DNA of 32,000 nt. Origin: Bifidobacterium longum subsp. longum JCM 1217 (GTDB taxonomy: Bacteria; Actinomycetota; Actinomycetes; Actinomycetales; Bifidobacteriaceae). The stretch's first letter is position 1. Each line of letters opens with the position of its first letter. The notes under the pieces are model-generated. The model was not told the origin of the DNA. It worked only from the letters and a program-made list of their open reading frames with translations, and did no database searches. The translations under genes and the position numbers were made by a program. This document shows positions 8,470-17,043 of this stretch, piece after piece. The stretch lies in the NCBI RefSeq assembly GCF_000196555.1, contig NC_015067.1, positions 630,001 to 662,000 on the forward strand, written 5' to 3'.

Positions 8470-9333
8470 TTACTTCTTCAGTTCGGTCAGGTCGGTGGTG
8501 TACTCGGCCAGCCACTTGTCCTGAAGCTTCTTGATGGTGCCGTCGGCGTTCAGGTCATCCACTGCCTTGGTCACGGCTGCAGTCAGCTTGGAATCCTTCG
8601 GCAGCACGATGCCCATGCCGCTCTTGTCTTCGGAGTCAGGCAGACGGCCGAGCACCTTGGCGTCCTTGACCTGCTCGGACTGCACCATGTACACGCATTC
8701 CACGGTGCTGGTGACCAGTGCGTCGATCTGACCGGCGTCAAGTGCCTGAGCCAGTGCGGCATCATCATTGAACGTCTGGATGTCGTCCTTGATGTTCGCC
8801 TTGGCGTAGTCGTAGGCAAGGGTGCCGACCATGACGCCCACGGTCGCATCCTTCAGATCGGATACCTTGGTGGCGTTGGCGAACTTGCTGTCTTTCTTGA
8901 CCACGACGGACTGGCTGTCGTTGTAGTAGCTGGACGAGAAGTCAACGGCCTTCTTGCGCTCGTCGGTGATGCCGAACTGCTGGATGTTGAAATCCCAGTC
9001 CTTGGCGCCGGGAGCGATGGCGGTGTCGAATGCGGTGCGGGTCCACACCACGTCGCTCTTCTTGAAACCGAGCTTGTCGGCCACTGCGTAGGCGACGGCC
9101 GCCTCGTAGCCCTCACCGCTTTCCGGCTTGTCGTTCATAACCCACGGCTCGTAGGCCGGCTGTCCGGTGGCGATGGTCAGCTTGCCCGGCTTGTACGTCT
9201 GCTGGGTGATGTCGTCCGAATCGGCGGAATTGGATGCGGTGGACTGGCCGGAACCGCAGGCTGCGGTGAACGACAGAGCCAGGATGCTGGCGGTGGCCGC
9301 AATGGTACGGACGATGTGTCGCTTATTGAACAT
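8470..9333 (-). CDS. Amino-acid ABC transporter substrate-binding lipoprotein (family 3 SBP)
   Basis: 287 aa. Signal peptide with a lipobox-like LSFTAAC, then a Ser/Asp-rich linker and a PBP type-2 fold sequence. GGAGAGGAAA RBS. First gene of the SBP-permease-ATPase operon. Confidence 0.88.
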   Translation of the reverse strand: MFNKRHIVRTIAATASILALSFTAACGSGQSTASNSADSDDITQQTYKPGKLTIATGQPAYEPWVMNDKPESGEGYEAAVAYAVADKLGFKKSDVVWTRTAFDTAIAPGAKDWDFNIQQFGITDERKKAVDFSSSYYNDSQSVVVKKDSKFANATKVSDLKDATVGVMVGTLAYDYAKANIKDDIQTFNDDAALAQALDAGQIDALVTSTVECVYMVQSEQVKDAKVLGRLPDSEDKSGMGIVLPKDSKLTAAVTKAVDDLNADGTIKKLQDKWLAEYTTDLTELKK

Positions 9334-9534
9334 GGGTTTCCTCTCCTCAAGTGTTCGTCATGCACACGGTTCAAACCGTGCTTGATGCATTCGCGCCAAT
9401 TGTATGGCTATTGGGTTACAAAACATCGATATTTTCGGATGCTGGCTATCGCCATTGCTTATGGCCGACTAGAGCCGCGCAATCTGGCGCGTAAGCGGAC
9501 GGATATCTCATATTGGCGCAGAGCGAAATGGCGT

Positions 9535-10005
9535 TCACTGTTCGAGTGTGAAGCCGTCGAATACGAATCCCGGACTGACCACACAGGAGACCAGCGCATC
9601 GCCCTGGCCTGGCACTGTGCGCTGCCAGACGCCAGCCGGTACGACCGCATGTCCCGATACGGTTACGTCGGCCTGATCGGTGGTGATGCCGGAACCCAAG
9701 GTGATTACGGTTCGCTTGGATTCGTCGGATTCCGGAGTCTCGTCGCTGCCGCCGAGCTCCAGTTTGACCGATGCCGGGCCATGCCACAGCCAGACCTCAT
9801 CCGCATCGACCTTATGCCAGGCGCTGGCATCTCCCTCGGGCAGCAGGAAGTAAATCAGTGACGATAGCGGTCGGCTTGAGGCCTCATCCGTGTGCGGGGA
9901 TTGCCAGTCACGCGTGTACCAGCCGCCTTCGGGGTGGGTTTCCAGTCCAAGGCGTTCCACTATGGACCGGGCGTATGGACTCATGTCTTGCAAAGCGACG
10001 CTCAT
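9535..10005 (-). CDS. Cupin-fold protein of the DUF985 (YML079w-like) family
   Basis: 156 aa with the pattern I recall for this family: L.L..HPEGGWY, IYFLL, W.WH, VVPAGVWQ, VSPGF.F.GF. AGGAG RBS 8 nt upstream. Confidence 0.75.
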   Translation of the reverse strand: MSVALQDMSPYARSIVERLGLETHPEGGWYTRDWQSPHTDEASSRPLSSLIYFLLPEGDASAWHKVDADEVWLWHGPASVKLELGGSDETPESDESKRTVITLGSGITTDQADVTVSGHAVVPAGVWQRTVPGQGDALVSCVVSPGFVFDGFTLEQ

Positions 10006-10074
10006 AATGAGATCTCCTGTTCTTGGCGGGTTTGCTGGTTTTTGGCTTCTTGATATCAGGTCAGGTCAGCGGTG

Positions 10075-11448
10075 TCACCAGGCGTTGTTGTAGGCTTCGC
10101 GCCCGGATATCACCGTGGCTCGGTTCGTGCCTGCGCCGTGCCTCACCAGTGTTTCCAGCGTTTCTTCGATGCCGGCCGGAGATGATGTGTCGACGGGGAT
10201 GTCGAAGAACGCGAAATCAGCCAATGCGCCCGCGTTGATTTGTCCAATGCGGTTGCGGCCCACGTGCATGCCCATGGAGGCGGCGCCGCCCAGCGTCATC
10301 ATACGAATCAGGCGATGTGTCAGATCGTCGCTGGCATAGCCTTGTTCGCGGGCCAGGTCGTAAAGCATCGACACGTCATCAAGCAGATCGAGGGTCGGCG
10401 TGCTGGAGAGCGAATCGGTGCCCACGCTTACCAGATTGCCTTCCTCGAGGTATTCGCGCACCGGTGCATCTTTGCCGGTGTTGGTAATGCGATTCGATCG
10501 GGGGCACAAGGCCACGCCCACGCCGCGCTGACGTAGAATACGCCGATCCTCGCCATTGGCCCACACGCCGTGTGCAATGTGCACATCCGGTCCAAGCGAG
10601 CCAAGCTGATCGACGAACTGGATGGCGGAGGCACCTTTGCCCACTTCCTTGAGCTGCCGGTAGCTTTCCCAATCGTGGTCACTCCAGTCGGCCGCCGAAT
10701 AAGTGGTGAGCACCGGCGGATAAGTGCCGGCCTCGAGCGGGGTCTCCGCCAGATGGATATGCAGTCGCATGTTCAGCTGACGAGCAATGTCTGGAAGATC
10801 AACGAACGGTTCGGACTCCAGCGTATACGGAGCATGCGGGCTGATGCCGAGGTTTGGCAGCTGCTCCTCGTTCATCCGGCGCAACTGCCGGATGAGCTCA
10901 GTGCGGCCCTTTTCCATCCATTCGGCGTTGTGCCAGCCCATTACCTCCCAATAAGCGATGCCGTGCATGCCCTGCGAAGCCAGCGCGCCGGCGGCGTCCA
11001 AATCGGTGACGATGTCTGCGGCGGCCGTCGTTCCCGATTCGACCATCTGGCGAGCGCCGTCCTCGGCCCACTGCTTCCATGGCTGGGTCTTCTGCGCCTC
11101 GGCGTACACCTCGTTGAATGCCAGTTCCCAGGCGCGGAACCGATCGTAGGTGCCTTGCCCGACCTGCACCATGCCGCTGTACTGCAGATGAGTGTGCGCG
11201 TTGATCAATCCGGGGGTGAGCACCCCATCCCAATGCCGTTCATGGATGGTGCCGTGAGCCGTCATTTCCTGCTTCAGCGCCTTCAGCACCCAGCGGCGTT
11301 TACCTACATGAACCACGCGGTCGCCATGTATGGCAACTGCGCCATCGATGATGACGGGGCCCGTCACGGGGATGATGAGTTTGGCGGAATACAGTGTCAC
11401 ATCATCGATAAGCTCGGTATCGACGGTCGGCCAGGTGTTGTCGGTCAT
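10075..11448 (-). CDS. Metal-dependent amidohydrolase-superfamily deaminase/chlorohydrolase (MtaD / guanine-deaminase-like)
   Basis: 457 aa with HxH (INAHTHL), the HxHxxE deaminase motif (HIHLAE), a later His (IAHGVW) and Asp (VGTDS). Confidence 0.85.
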   Translation of the reverse strand: MTDNTWPTVDTELIDDVTLYSAKLIIPVTGPVIIDGAVAIHGDRVVHVGKRRWVLKALKQEMTAHGTIHERHWDGVLTPGLINAHTHLQYSGMVQVGQGTYDRFRAWELAFNEVYAEAQKTQPWKQWAEDGARQMVESGTTAAADIVTDLDAAGALASQGMHGIAYWEVMGWHNAEWMEKGRTELIRQLRRMNEEQLPNLGISPHAPYTLESEPFVDLPDIARQLNMRLHIHLAETPLEAGTYPPVLTTYSAADWSDHDWESYRQLKEVGKGASAIQFVDQLGSLGPDVHIAHGVWANGEDRRILRQRGVGVALCPRSNRITNTGKDAPVREYLEEGNLVSVGTDSLSSTPTLDLLDDVSMLYDLAREQGYASDDLTHRLIRMMTLGGAASMGMHVGRNRIGQINAGALADFAFFDIPVDTSSPAGIEETLETLVRHGAGTNRATVISGREAYNNAW

Positions 11449-11487
11449 ATTCTCCTCGCTGCGTTGTGTTCGGTGCCGTGTCTATGG

Positions 11488-12990
11488 CTATCGGTCGGCG
11501 TTCTCTCGGTCGTTTTCCGCGAATCTGGTCAGTCGCCAATTGTAGCCGTTGTCCTCCACGGCATGGCTGGCTCGGTATCCGCGCGCCTTGAGCGCGCTGG
11601 CGGCGATGCGCTGGTCGGTCGCTGCGTCAAGTCTGATAAGCGTGTGATCCAGTGTGCCTCGATGTTCCAGAAGATATGCGACGGCGCTGGCCTGTACGGC
11701 GAAGCTCAGATCCATGATCTCGATTGGATTGCCGCCTCCCACCGTGTAGTTCACGCCATCGCCGTCGGCGATTAGCGTGAGCGTTGGTCCGTCGGGAACA
11801 TTGAGTTGCACGGTGTCCCTGTTGACCTGTGGGGTGAAGTCGCTTACCTCGTCCAAGGCGATTTCGTTGGCGATGCCGCCGATCACTGCGAGCGCCGCGC
11901 CCTCGTGCATTGCGCGCATGTGCTCAAGTGTGACCGTATGTCTCACGCCAGTGGCGGACACCACCATATCCGCGCAAGGGAGTGCCTCGTCAATGTCTTG
12001 TGCGGCGAAGCCGTCGAACACCGCTTTGAGTGAAGCCACTGGATCGATATCGCAGATGGTGACTTCGGCGCCAAGCGCGCGAATGCGCCGTGCGAAGCCT
12101 TGGCCGACCGGGCCGTAGCCGATGACGGTGACGTTCTTACCGTCGAATGCATGCTCGCCGAGAATGCGCTGCATGGTGGTCACGCATGTCTCCCCAGTGC
12201 CGTGGGCGTTGTCGAATCCGGTTTTCAGCACACTGTCGTTAACGGCTACGACCGGGTAGGTGAGGGCTCCCGCTTCCTGCATCTGCTGGAACGCGCGTAC
12301 GCCGCTGGTCGTTTCCTCGGCCACTCCAATGAGGTTCGCCGTGAGTTCGGGGCGTTCGAGCGAAGCGAGACGGGCGAAGCTGGCACCATCGTCGATGATG
12401 ATGTCCGGCTGTATTTCGTCCAGCAGGTGCAGGGCCGCCTCGTGCGCCTGTTCCGCGGTCCAGTCTCGGCTGGATTCGACCGTGATTCCTTCCCGGCGCA
12501 GCTGTTCCGCCACTCGGGGATCCGTGGAATCCGGGCCGCAATATACGCCGACGATTGCGCCGGCGGCCTTAAGCTTGCGCAGCAGAATCGCGGTTTTTGG
12601 CTCCAGTATCAGACAGACGGCAATACGAATGCCTGAGAAATCGACGCGAGTGGTGAGGCTATCCATGGTGTCGCGTAATACCGGCATGTGCTGTTCCGCG
12701 TACTCCATTGCCTCCAGTCCGCTTGCCTTGCGCATATCGGTGATGGAATCGATGCTTTGTGTGCCGTCGCATAGGAATTCCTCGTTGTGCTCGTCGGTCA
12801 TCGTGGCATCTTCGACGGTCATGCCCCATTGCTGGGCCTGAGACTTGATTTCGGCATGCTTCTGTGGCTCCGGAATCGCGAGTCGGGCTCCTGCCAGTGA
12901 TCGATTCGTCTTCTGGGATCGGGCTGCCGCCCACGCTGCAAAATCGCTGTCTGCTGTAATGCTTTTCTTCATATTCCCCATGGTACGCAT
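11488..12990 (-). CDS. Adenosylhomocysteinase-fold, NAD-binding protein (AhcY-like, atypical active site)
   Basis: Family motifs EETTSGV, NDSVLKTGFDNAHGTGE and the Rossmann motif VIGYGPVGQG. The start is uncertain. The track start (TTG 13098) overlaps the SOS box of the divergent gene and lies in a low-GC3 stretch. The first ATG is 12990. ATGs at 12822 and 12801 would give a canonical-length N-terminus. Confidence 0.8.
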   Translation of the reverse strand: MRTMGNMKKSITADSDFAAWAAARSQKTNRSLAGARLAIPEPQKHAEIKSQAQQWGMTVEDATMTDEHNEEFLCDGTQSIDSITDMRKASGLEAMEYAEQHMPVLRDTMDSLTTRVDFSGIRIAVCLILEPKTAILLRKLKAAGAIVGVYCGPDSTDPRVAEQLRREGITVESSRDWTAEQAHEAALHLLDEIQPDIIIDDGASFARLASLERPELTANLIGVAEETTSGVRAFQQMQEAGALTYPVVAVNDSVLKTGFDNAHGTGETCVTTMQRILGEHAFDGKNVTVIGYGPVGQGFARRIRALGAEVTICDIDPVASLKAVFDGFAAQDIDEALPCADMVVSATGVRHTVTLEHMRAMHEGAALAVIGGIANEIALDEVSDFTPQVNRDTVQLNVPDGPTLTLIADGDGVNYTVGGGNPIEIMDLSFAVQASAVAYLLEHRGTLDHTLIRLDAATDQRIAASALKARGYRASHAVEDNGYNWRLTRFAENDRENADR

Positions 12991-13090
12991 GCATGCCGCT
13001 GCTCCGCCGCTGCGCGTGTGGCGTGGGTGAAGAGCGTGCTTGGGCGCGTTGCGTGCGTCGACTTCGGCAGCTTCGAACAGGCATGTTGCA

Positions 13091-13106
13091 TCGAACAAAT
13101 GTTCGA
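13091..13106 (+). promoter_or_regulatory. LexA operator (SOS / Cheo-type box) upstream of the Y-family polymerase
   Basis: Perfect palindrome TCGAAC-AAAT-GTTCGA, matching the Gram-positive/actinobacterial LexA consensus CGAAC-N4-GTTCG, about 50 nt upstream of the polymerase start. Confidence 0.75.
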
Positions 13107-13154
13107 CTGTGTTGATATGCTGGTCGGGCCAGCGGTGGTAAGGAGGTGATGGCG

Positions 13155-14744
13155 ATGGGCAGCGGAACGGTATCGACGCAACGCGAGCATACCTATATTG
13201 CCATTGATCTCAAGTCCTTCTATGCCTCGGTGGAGTGCGTGGCTCGTGGGCTCGACCCGTTGACCACGCATCTGGTGGTGGCCGATGAAACCCGCACCGA
13301 TAAGACAATATGTTTGGCGGTCTCACCCTCGCTGAAGAACTATGGCATTCCTGGCCGTGCGCGGCTGTTTGAGGTAAAACAGCGCCTGAATGGAGTCAAC
13401 ATCGAGCGCGCGGTCCATGCTCCCGGCGGCCGATTAATCGGGGAGTCCTGCGATGCGTGCGACCTGGAACGCTCGCCGGGGCTCAAAGCCTCGATGGTCA
13501 TCGCCAAGCCGCGCATGGCGCACTATCTGGAAATCAGCGGGCAAATATATGGCATCTACCTCAAATACGCCGCACCCGAGCACATCCATGTCTACTCGAT
13601 TGACGAGGTGTTCATCGACGCCACGCCATATCTGCGCTCGCTGGGTATGGGGCCGCATGCGATGGCGCGAACCATCGTGCGCGAAATCCTCACCAAAACC
13701 GGCATCACCGCCACTGCCGGCATCGGCTCCAACATGTATCTGGCCAAAGTCGCCATGGATATCGTCGCCAAGCACATGCCCGCCGACAAGGACGGCGTGC
13801 GCGTGGCCGAACTGAATGAAATGTCATATCGTCGGCTGCTTTGGGATCATCGTCCGCTCACCGATTTTTGGCGGGTTGGGCGCGGCTATGCCAAGAAGCT
13901 CGAGCATGCCGGACTGATGACCATGGGCGATATCGCCCGATGCTCGGTGGGTCGTGCTTCGGATTACTACAACGAAGACCTGCTGTATCGCATGTTCGGT
14001 GTCAATGCCGAACTGCTCATCGACCATGCGTGGGGCTGGGAGCCGTGCGAAATCGCGGATATCCGATCCTATGAGCCAGGTGCGCACAGCATTAGCAGTG
14101 GGCAGGTGCTCACCGGCCCCGCCGACTATGCCACGGCCCGGCTGATCACCAAGGAGATGGCTGATGCGCTGGCCCTCGATCTGGTCGATAAAAGCGTGCT
14201 GACGAACCGACTGACGCTCGCCGTCGGCTATGACATCGGCAGTCTTGATTCGTCAAAGCTCGATTCGTGCGCTGATTATGCGATGAAACGTGCCGCTGAG
14301 CGGGCGGCGAAAAGCTATCAAGGGCCGGTGACCATCGACCGATTTGGGCGCAAGGTGCCCAAGAGCGCGGTCGGGTCGATTGGTTTGGGTGATTTCACCT
14401 CGTCGTCGGCACGTATTCGTGAGGCTATGACGATGTTGTACGAGCGCATTGTGGATTCACGCTTGCTTGTGAGGCGGTTGACCGTCATCGCCGATGATGT
14501 GGCCACTCCGGAGGAGCTGGCCGCCGGCAAACGCTATGAACAGCTCGACTTGTTCGGTGATGACGGGGCCCAATCGTATGGATCCGATTCCACCAGCGAA
14601 AAAGATGGAGAGCATGATATCCAGCGTGCGCTGCTGGATGTGAAACGTAAATTCGGCCGCAACGCCGTCATCAAAGCCATGGACATGGAAGACGGTGCCA
14701 CCGGTCAGGACCGCAACCGTCAGATCGGAGGCCATCGCGCATGA
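13155..14744 (+). CDS. Y-family (DinB/UmuC/UvrX-like) translesion DNA polymerase
   Basis: Catalytic motifs IDLKSFYASVEC and YSIDEVFID, and a beta-clamp-binding-type QLDLF (14541-14555). AGGAGG at 13141-13146 favours ATG 13155; the track ORF starts at GTG 13146. Confidence 0.9.
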   Translation: MGSGTVSTQREHTYIAIDLKSFYASVECVARGLDPLTTHLVVADETRTDKTICLAVSPSLKNYGIPGRARLFEVKQRLNGVNIERAVHAPGGRLIGESCDACDLERSPGLKASMVIAKPRMAHYLEISGQIYGIYLKYAAPEHIHVYSIDEVFIDATPYLRSLGMGPHAMARTIVREILTKTGITATAGIGSNMYLAKVAMDIVAKHMPADKDGVRVAELNEMSYRRLLWDHRPLTDFWRVGRGYAKKLEHAGLMTMGDIARCSVGRASDYYNEDLLYRMFGVNAELLIDHAWGWEPCEIADIRSYEPGAHSISSGQVLTGPADYATARLITKEMADALALDLVDKSVLTNRLTLAVGYDIGSLDSSKLDSCADYAMKRAAERAAKSYQGPVTIDRFGRKVPKSAVGSIGLGDFTSSSARIREAMTMLYERIVDSRLLVRRLTVIADDVATPEELAAGKRYEQLDLFGDDGAQSYGSDSTSEKDGEHDIQRALLDVKRKFGRNAVIKAMDMEDGATGQDRNRQIGGHRA

Positions 14745-14959
14745 CCCTGCAAGAGACCCGTGCGTACGACGACATCATCAACCTGCCACACCATCAGTCG
14801 CGCAAGCATCCGCACATGTCCCGCCACCAGCGGGCCGCGCAGTTCATGCCGTTCGCGGCCCTGACCGGCTACAACCAAGTCATCGAGCAAACAGCAAAAA
14901 ACGCCGAAACCGCCATCGCTCAGGCCGAAGCCCAAGGCGATACCGATTTCGGCGCTTGA
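14741..14959 (+). CDS. YolD-like small protein (proposed UmuD-analogous partner of UvrX/YqjW-type polymerases)
   Basis: 72 aa with the core I recall for the YolD-like family (R.AQFMPFAALTGY). Its ATG overlaps the polymerase stop (ATGA at 14741-14744), indicating translational coupling. Confidence 0.7.
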   Translation: MTLQETRAYDDIINLPHHQSRKHPHMSRHQRAAQFMPFAALTGYNQVIEQTAKNAETAIAQAEAQGDTDFGA

Positions 14960-14992
14960 CAATCGCTCTCGTTGGAGGAAGTCTCAGATTCG

Positions 14993-15970
14993 TCAGCCTA
15001 CGTGACGTTCGAAGCGGTGGAAGCCGGTGATCTTGTCGATTTCGGCCATCGCGTCAGCCGGAATCACAAAGCCCGCGGCCTTCATGTTGTTCTCCAGTTG
15101 GCTGGGCTTGGAGGCGCCGGCGATCACACAGCTGATCTCCGGGTGCTGCAGGATCCATGCCATGGAAAGCACCGGCAGGTTCGTGCCGAGCTCGTCGGCC
15201 ACCTTGCGCAGCTGCTCGACCTTGTCGAGGTTCTCATCGGTCAGCAGATCGTTGATCTGGTGGTCGGACTGCCAGGTGGCGCGCGAGCCGGCCGGCAGCG
15301 GCTGGCCCTTGCGGTACTTGCCGGTCAGCAGACCCTGCGCGAGCGGGGAGAACGTGGTGATGCCGATGCCGAGCTTGCGGCAGGTGCCCATGATCTCATG
15401 CTCGATGTAACGGTCGTTTAGGTTGTACTGCGGCTGAACCACGGTGATCGGGTACAGGTTGTAGCGGTCGATGATGCGCTGGGCCTCTTCAAGGCGAGCC
15501 GAACCCCACTCCTCGGAAACGCCATAGTACAGCACCTTGCCTTGGGCGACCAGGTCGCTCATCGCGCGCAAGGTCTCGGTAAGGTCGGTGGTCTCGTCAA
15601 AACGGTGGCAGAAGTACATGTCCAGATAATCGGTCTGCATGTTCTTCAGCGTCTGGTCGATGCTCTCGAAAATGTGCTTGCGGGACAGGCCGCGGTCGTT
15701 CACGCCTTCGCCGGTGGGGAAGTAGACCTTGCTGGAAATGACCAGTTCCTTACGCGGGTACTGCTTCAGCGTCTTGCCGAGGAAGCGTTCGGCCGCGCCG
15801 CCAGAATAGGCGTCCGCGCAGTCGAAGAAGTTGACGCCGGAATCGTAGGCGAGCTTCACGGTCTCCTTGGCCACGTCCTCAGCCGCCGTGCCCTTGAGAT
15901 CCGTGACCCAGCTGCCCAGTGCGACCTCGCTGATCTTCAGTCCCGACTTGCCAACGCTGCGATACTTCAT
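14993..15970 (-). CDS. Aldo/keto reductase (Kv-beta / YajO-Tas-like NADPH oxidoreductase)
   Basis: MKYRSVGKSGLKISEVALGSW..., FFDCADAYSGG, typical AKR length (325 aa). Start set at ATG 15970 with AAGGAG 6 nt upstream. The 21-aa extension in the track ORF has no support. Confidence 0.9.
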   Translation of the reverse strand: MKYRSVGKSGLKISEVALGSWVTDLKGTAAEDVAKETVKLAYDSGVNFFDCADAYSGGAAERFLGKTLKQYPRKELVISSKVYFPTGEGVNDRGLSRKHIFESIDQTLKNMQTDYLDMYFCHRFDETTDLTETLRAMSDLVAQGKVLYYGVSEEWGSARLEEAQRIIDRYNLYPITVVQPQYNLNDRYIEHEIMGTCRKLGIGITTFSPLAQGLLTGKYRKGQPLPAGSRATWQSDHQINDLLTDENLDKVEQLRKVADELGTNLPVLSMAWILQHPEISCVIAGASKPSQLENNMKAAGFVIPADAMAEIDKITGFHRFERHVG

Positions 15971-16077
15971 GTGTGCTCCTTGATAATCAATCGTCACCGT
16001 CGTCTCTTCATGGCCGGCCGTGAACGCTAACAATTCTTATTGAAACAGTTCAACCCCACTTGAACGCAAGTTGGCGG

Positions 16078-17043
16078 CTATTGCGACACGCCGGTGGTGA
16101 CTTCGCGGGCGCAACGAATGAAATCATCAATGACGCTCCACCGATACGATGTGGCCGGAACGCCGAACTGAATGGCATATGCGGTATCCGGGCCGCAATC
16201 CAGCACGCGCAAAGTACGCAACCGTTCGCCGTCAAGCAGCGCTGGCAGGAACCGCTCCGGGCATAGGCAGGCACCCATGCCGTAATGGCACAGTTCCAGC
16301 AGAGTCAGTACGTTATCCGAACGGGCTGTGACTTTCGGCTCAAAACCGGCACGGCGGAACAGCAGATCGGCAATGCGTCCGTCAATATCTTGTGGGCTGC
16401 CTAGGAGAAACGGGCAATGCTCCAGTGAGGAAAGGTCACCTGCGGCAATGGCGCGCTCGTCCGGCGCGGTTCTGACGGCATCGACTTGGCCATTCGCCGC
16501 GCCACCGGTAGCGGCCAAATCCATCCACAGTGATTGTGCGAGGACCAGCACCATGCGCTCGTTATAGAAATCCATAAGTTCGATGCCGGCCGGTTTCCCG
16601 GCGAAGTCCGCCACCGCCAGATCAAGATCGCCGTTCGCCAGCCATTGTTGAATCTGATCGTTGCGGCCCTCAATGAGTTCAACGATGATATTCGGGCAGT
16701 CACGTTGCATCGCCTTCACAATCGGCGGCATGATCGCCCGGCTACGCGTGTAGGCAACACCCACGCGCAGCACGCCGGCCTGATCGCCGGCGATGTCGCG
16801 CATTTCTTGGCCAAGTGCATCGCGATCGCGGCGGAATCGCTGCGCATATCGCGCGAACACCGTGCCGGCATAGGTCAATTCGAGCGGCACATGGCGTACG
16901 AAAAGCGTGCATCCGAGCTCCCGCTCTAGGGCGGCGATGTTCGCACTCAGCGTCTGCTGCGTGATCCCCAACCGTTTCGCCGCCTTGCTGAAGCTATGTT
17001 CCGAGGCCACGGCGGCGAAGTATTCGATGCTGAGAAAGTTCAT
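16078..17043 (-). CDS. LysR-family transcriptional regulator
   Basis: N-terminal wHTH (FSKAAKRLGITQQTLSANIAALERELGCTLFVR) plus a LysR substrate-binding domain. Divergent from the NhaC-like gene and upstream of the AKR. Confidence 0.9.
   Translation of the reverse strand: MNFLSIEYFAAVASEHSFSKAAKRLGITQQTLSANIAALERELGCTLFVRHVPLELTYAGTVFARYAQRFRRDRDALGQEMRDIAGDQAGVLRVGVAYTRSRAIMPPIVKAMQRDCPNIIVELIEGRNDQIQQWLANGDLDLAVADFAGKPAGIELMDFYNERMVLVLAQSLWMDLAATGGAANGQVDAVRTAPDERAIAAGDLSSLEHCPFLLGSPQDIDGRIADLLFRRAGFEPKVTARSDNVLTLLELCHYGMGACLCPERFLPALLDGERLRTLRVLDCGPDTAYAIQFGVPATSYRWSVIDDFIRCAREVTTGVSQ

Noticed and set aside
9316-9861. 181-aa plus-strand ORF across the SBP promoter region and the cupin gene
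   Set aside because: It is antisense to the DUF985 cupin gene, which has a clear family pattern and RBS. The translation has no recognisable features.
10570-11775. 401-aa plus-strand ORF
   Set aside because: It is antisense to the amidohydrolase and the 3' end of the AhcY-like gene, with no motifs. The minus-strand genes have clear family signatures.
12823-13098. Possible SAH riboswitch in the leader of the AhcY-like gene
   Set aside because: SAH riboswitches often precede ahcY in Actinobacteria. I could not find the conserved cores as I remember them (GAGGAGCGCUGC ... AGGCUCGG ... GCCAACGGCGCUC) on the minus strand. Only a weak resemblance (GCAACGCGCCC) is present. An Rfam scan would settle it.
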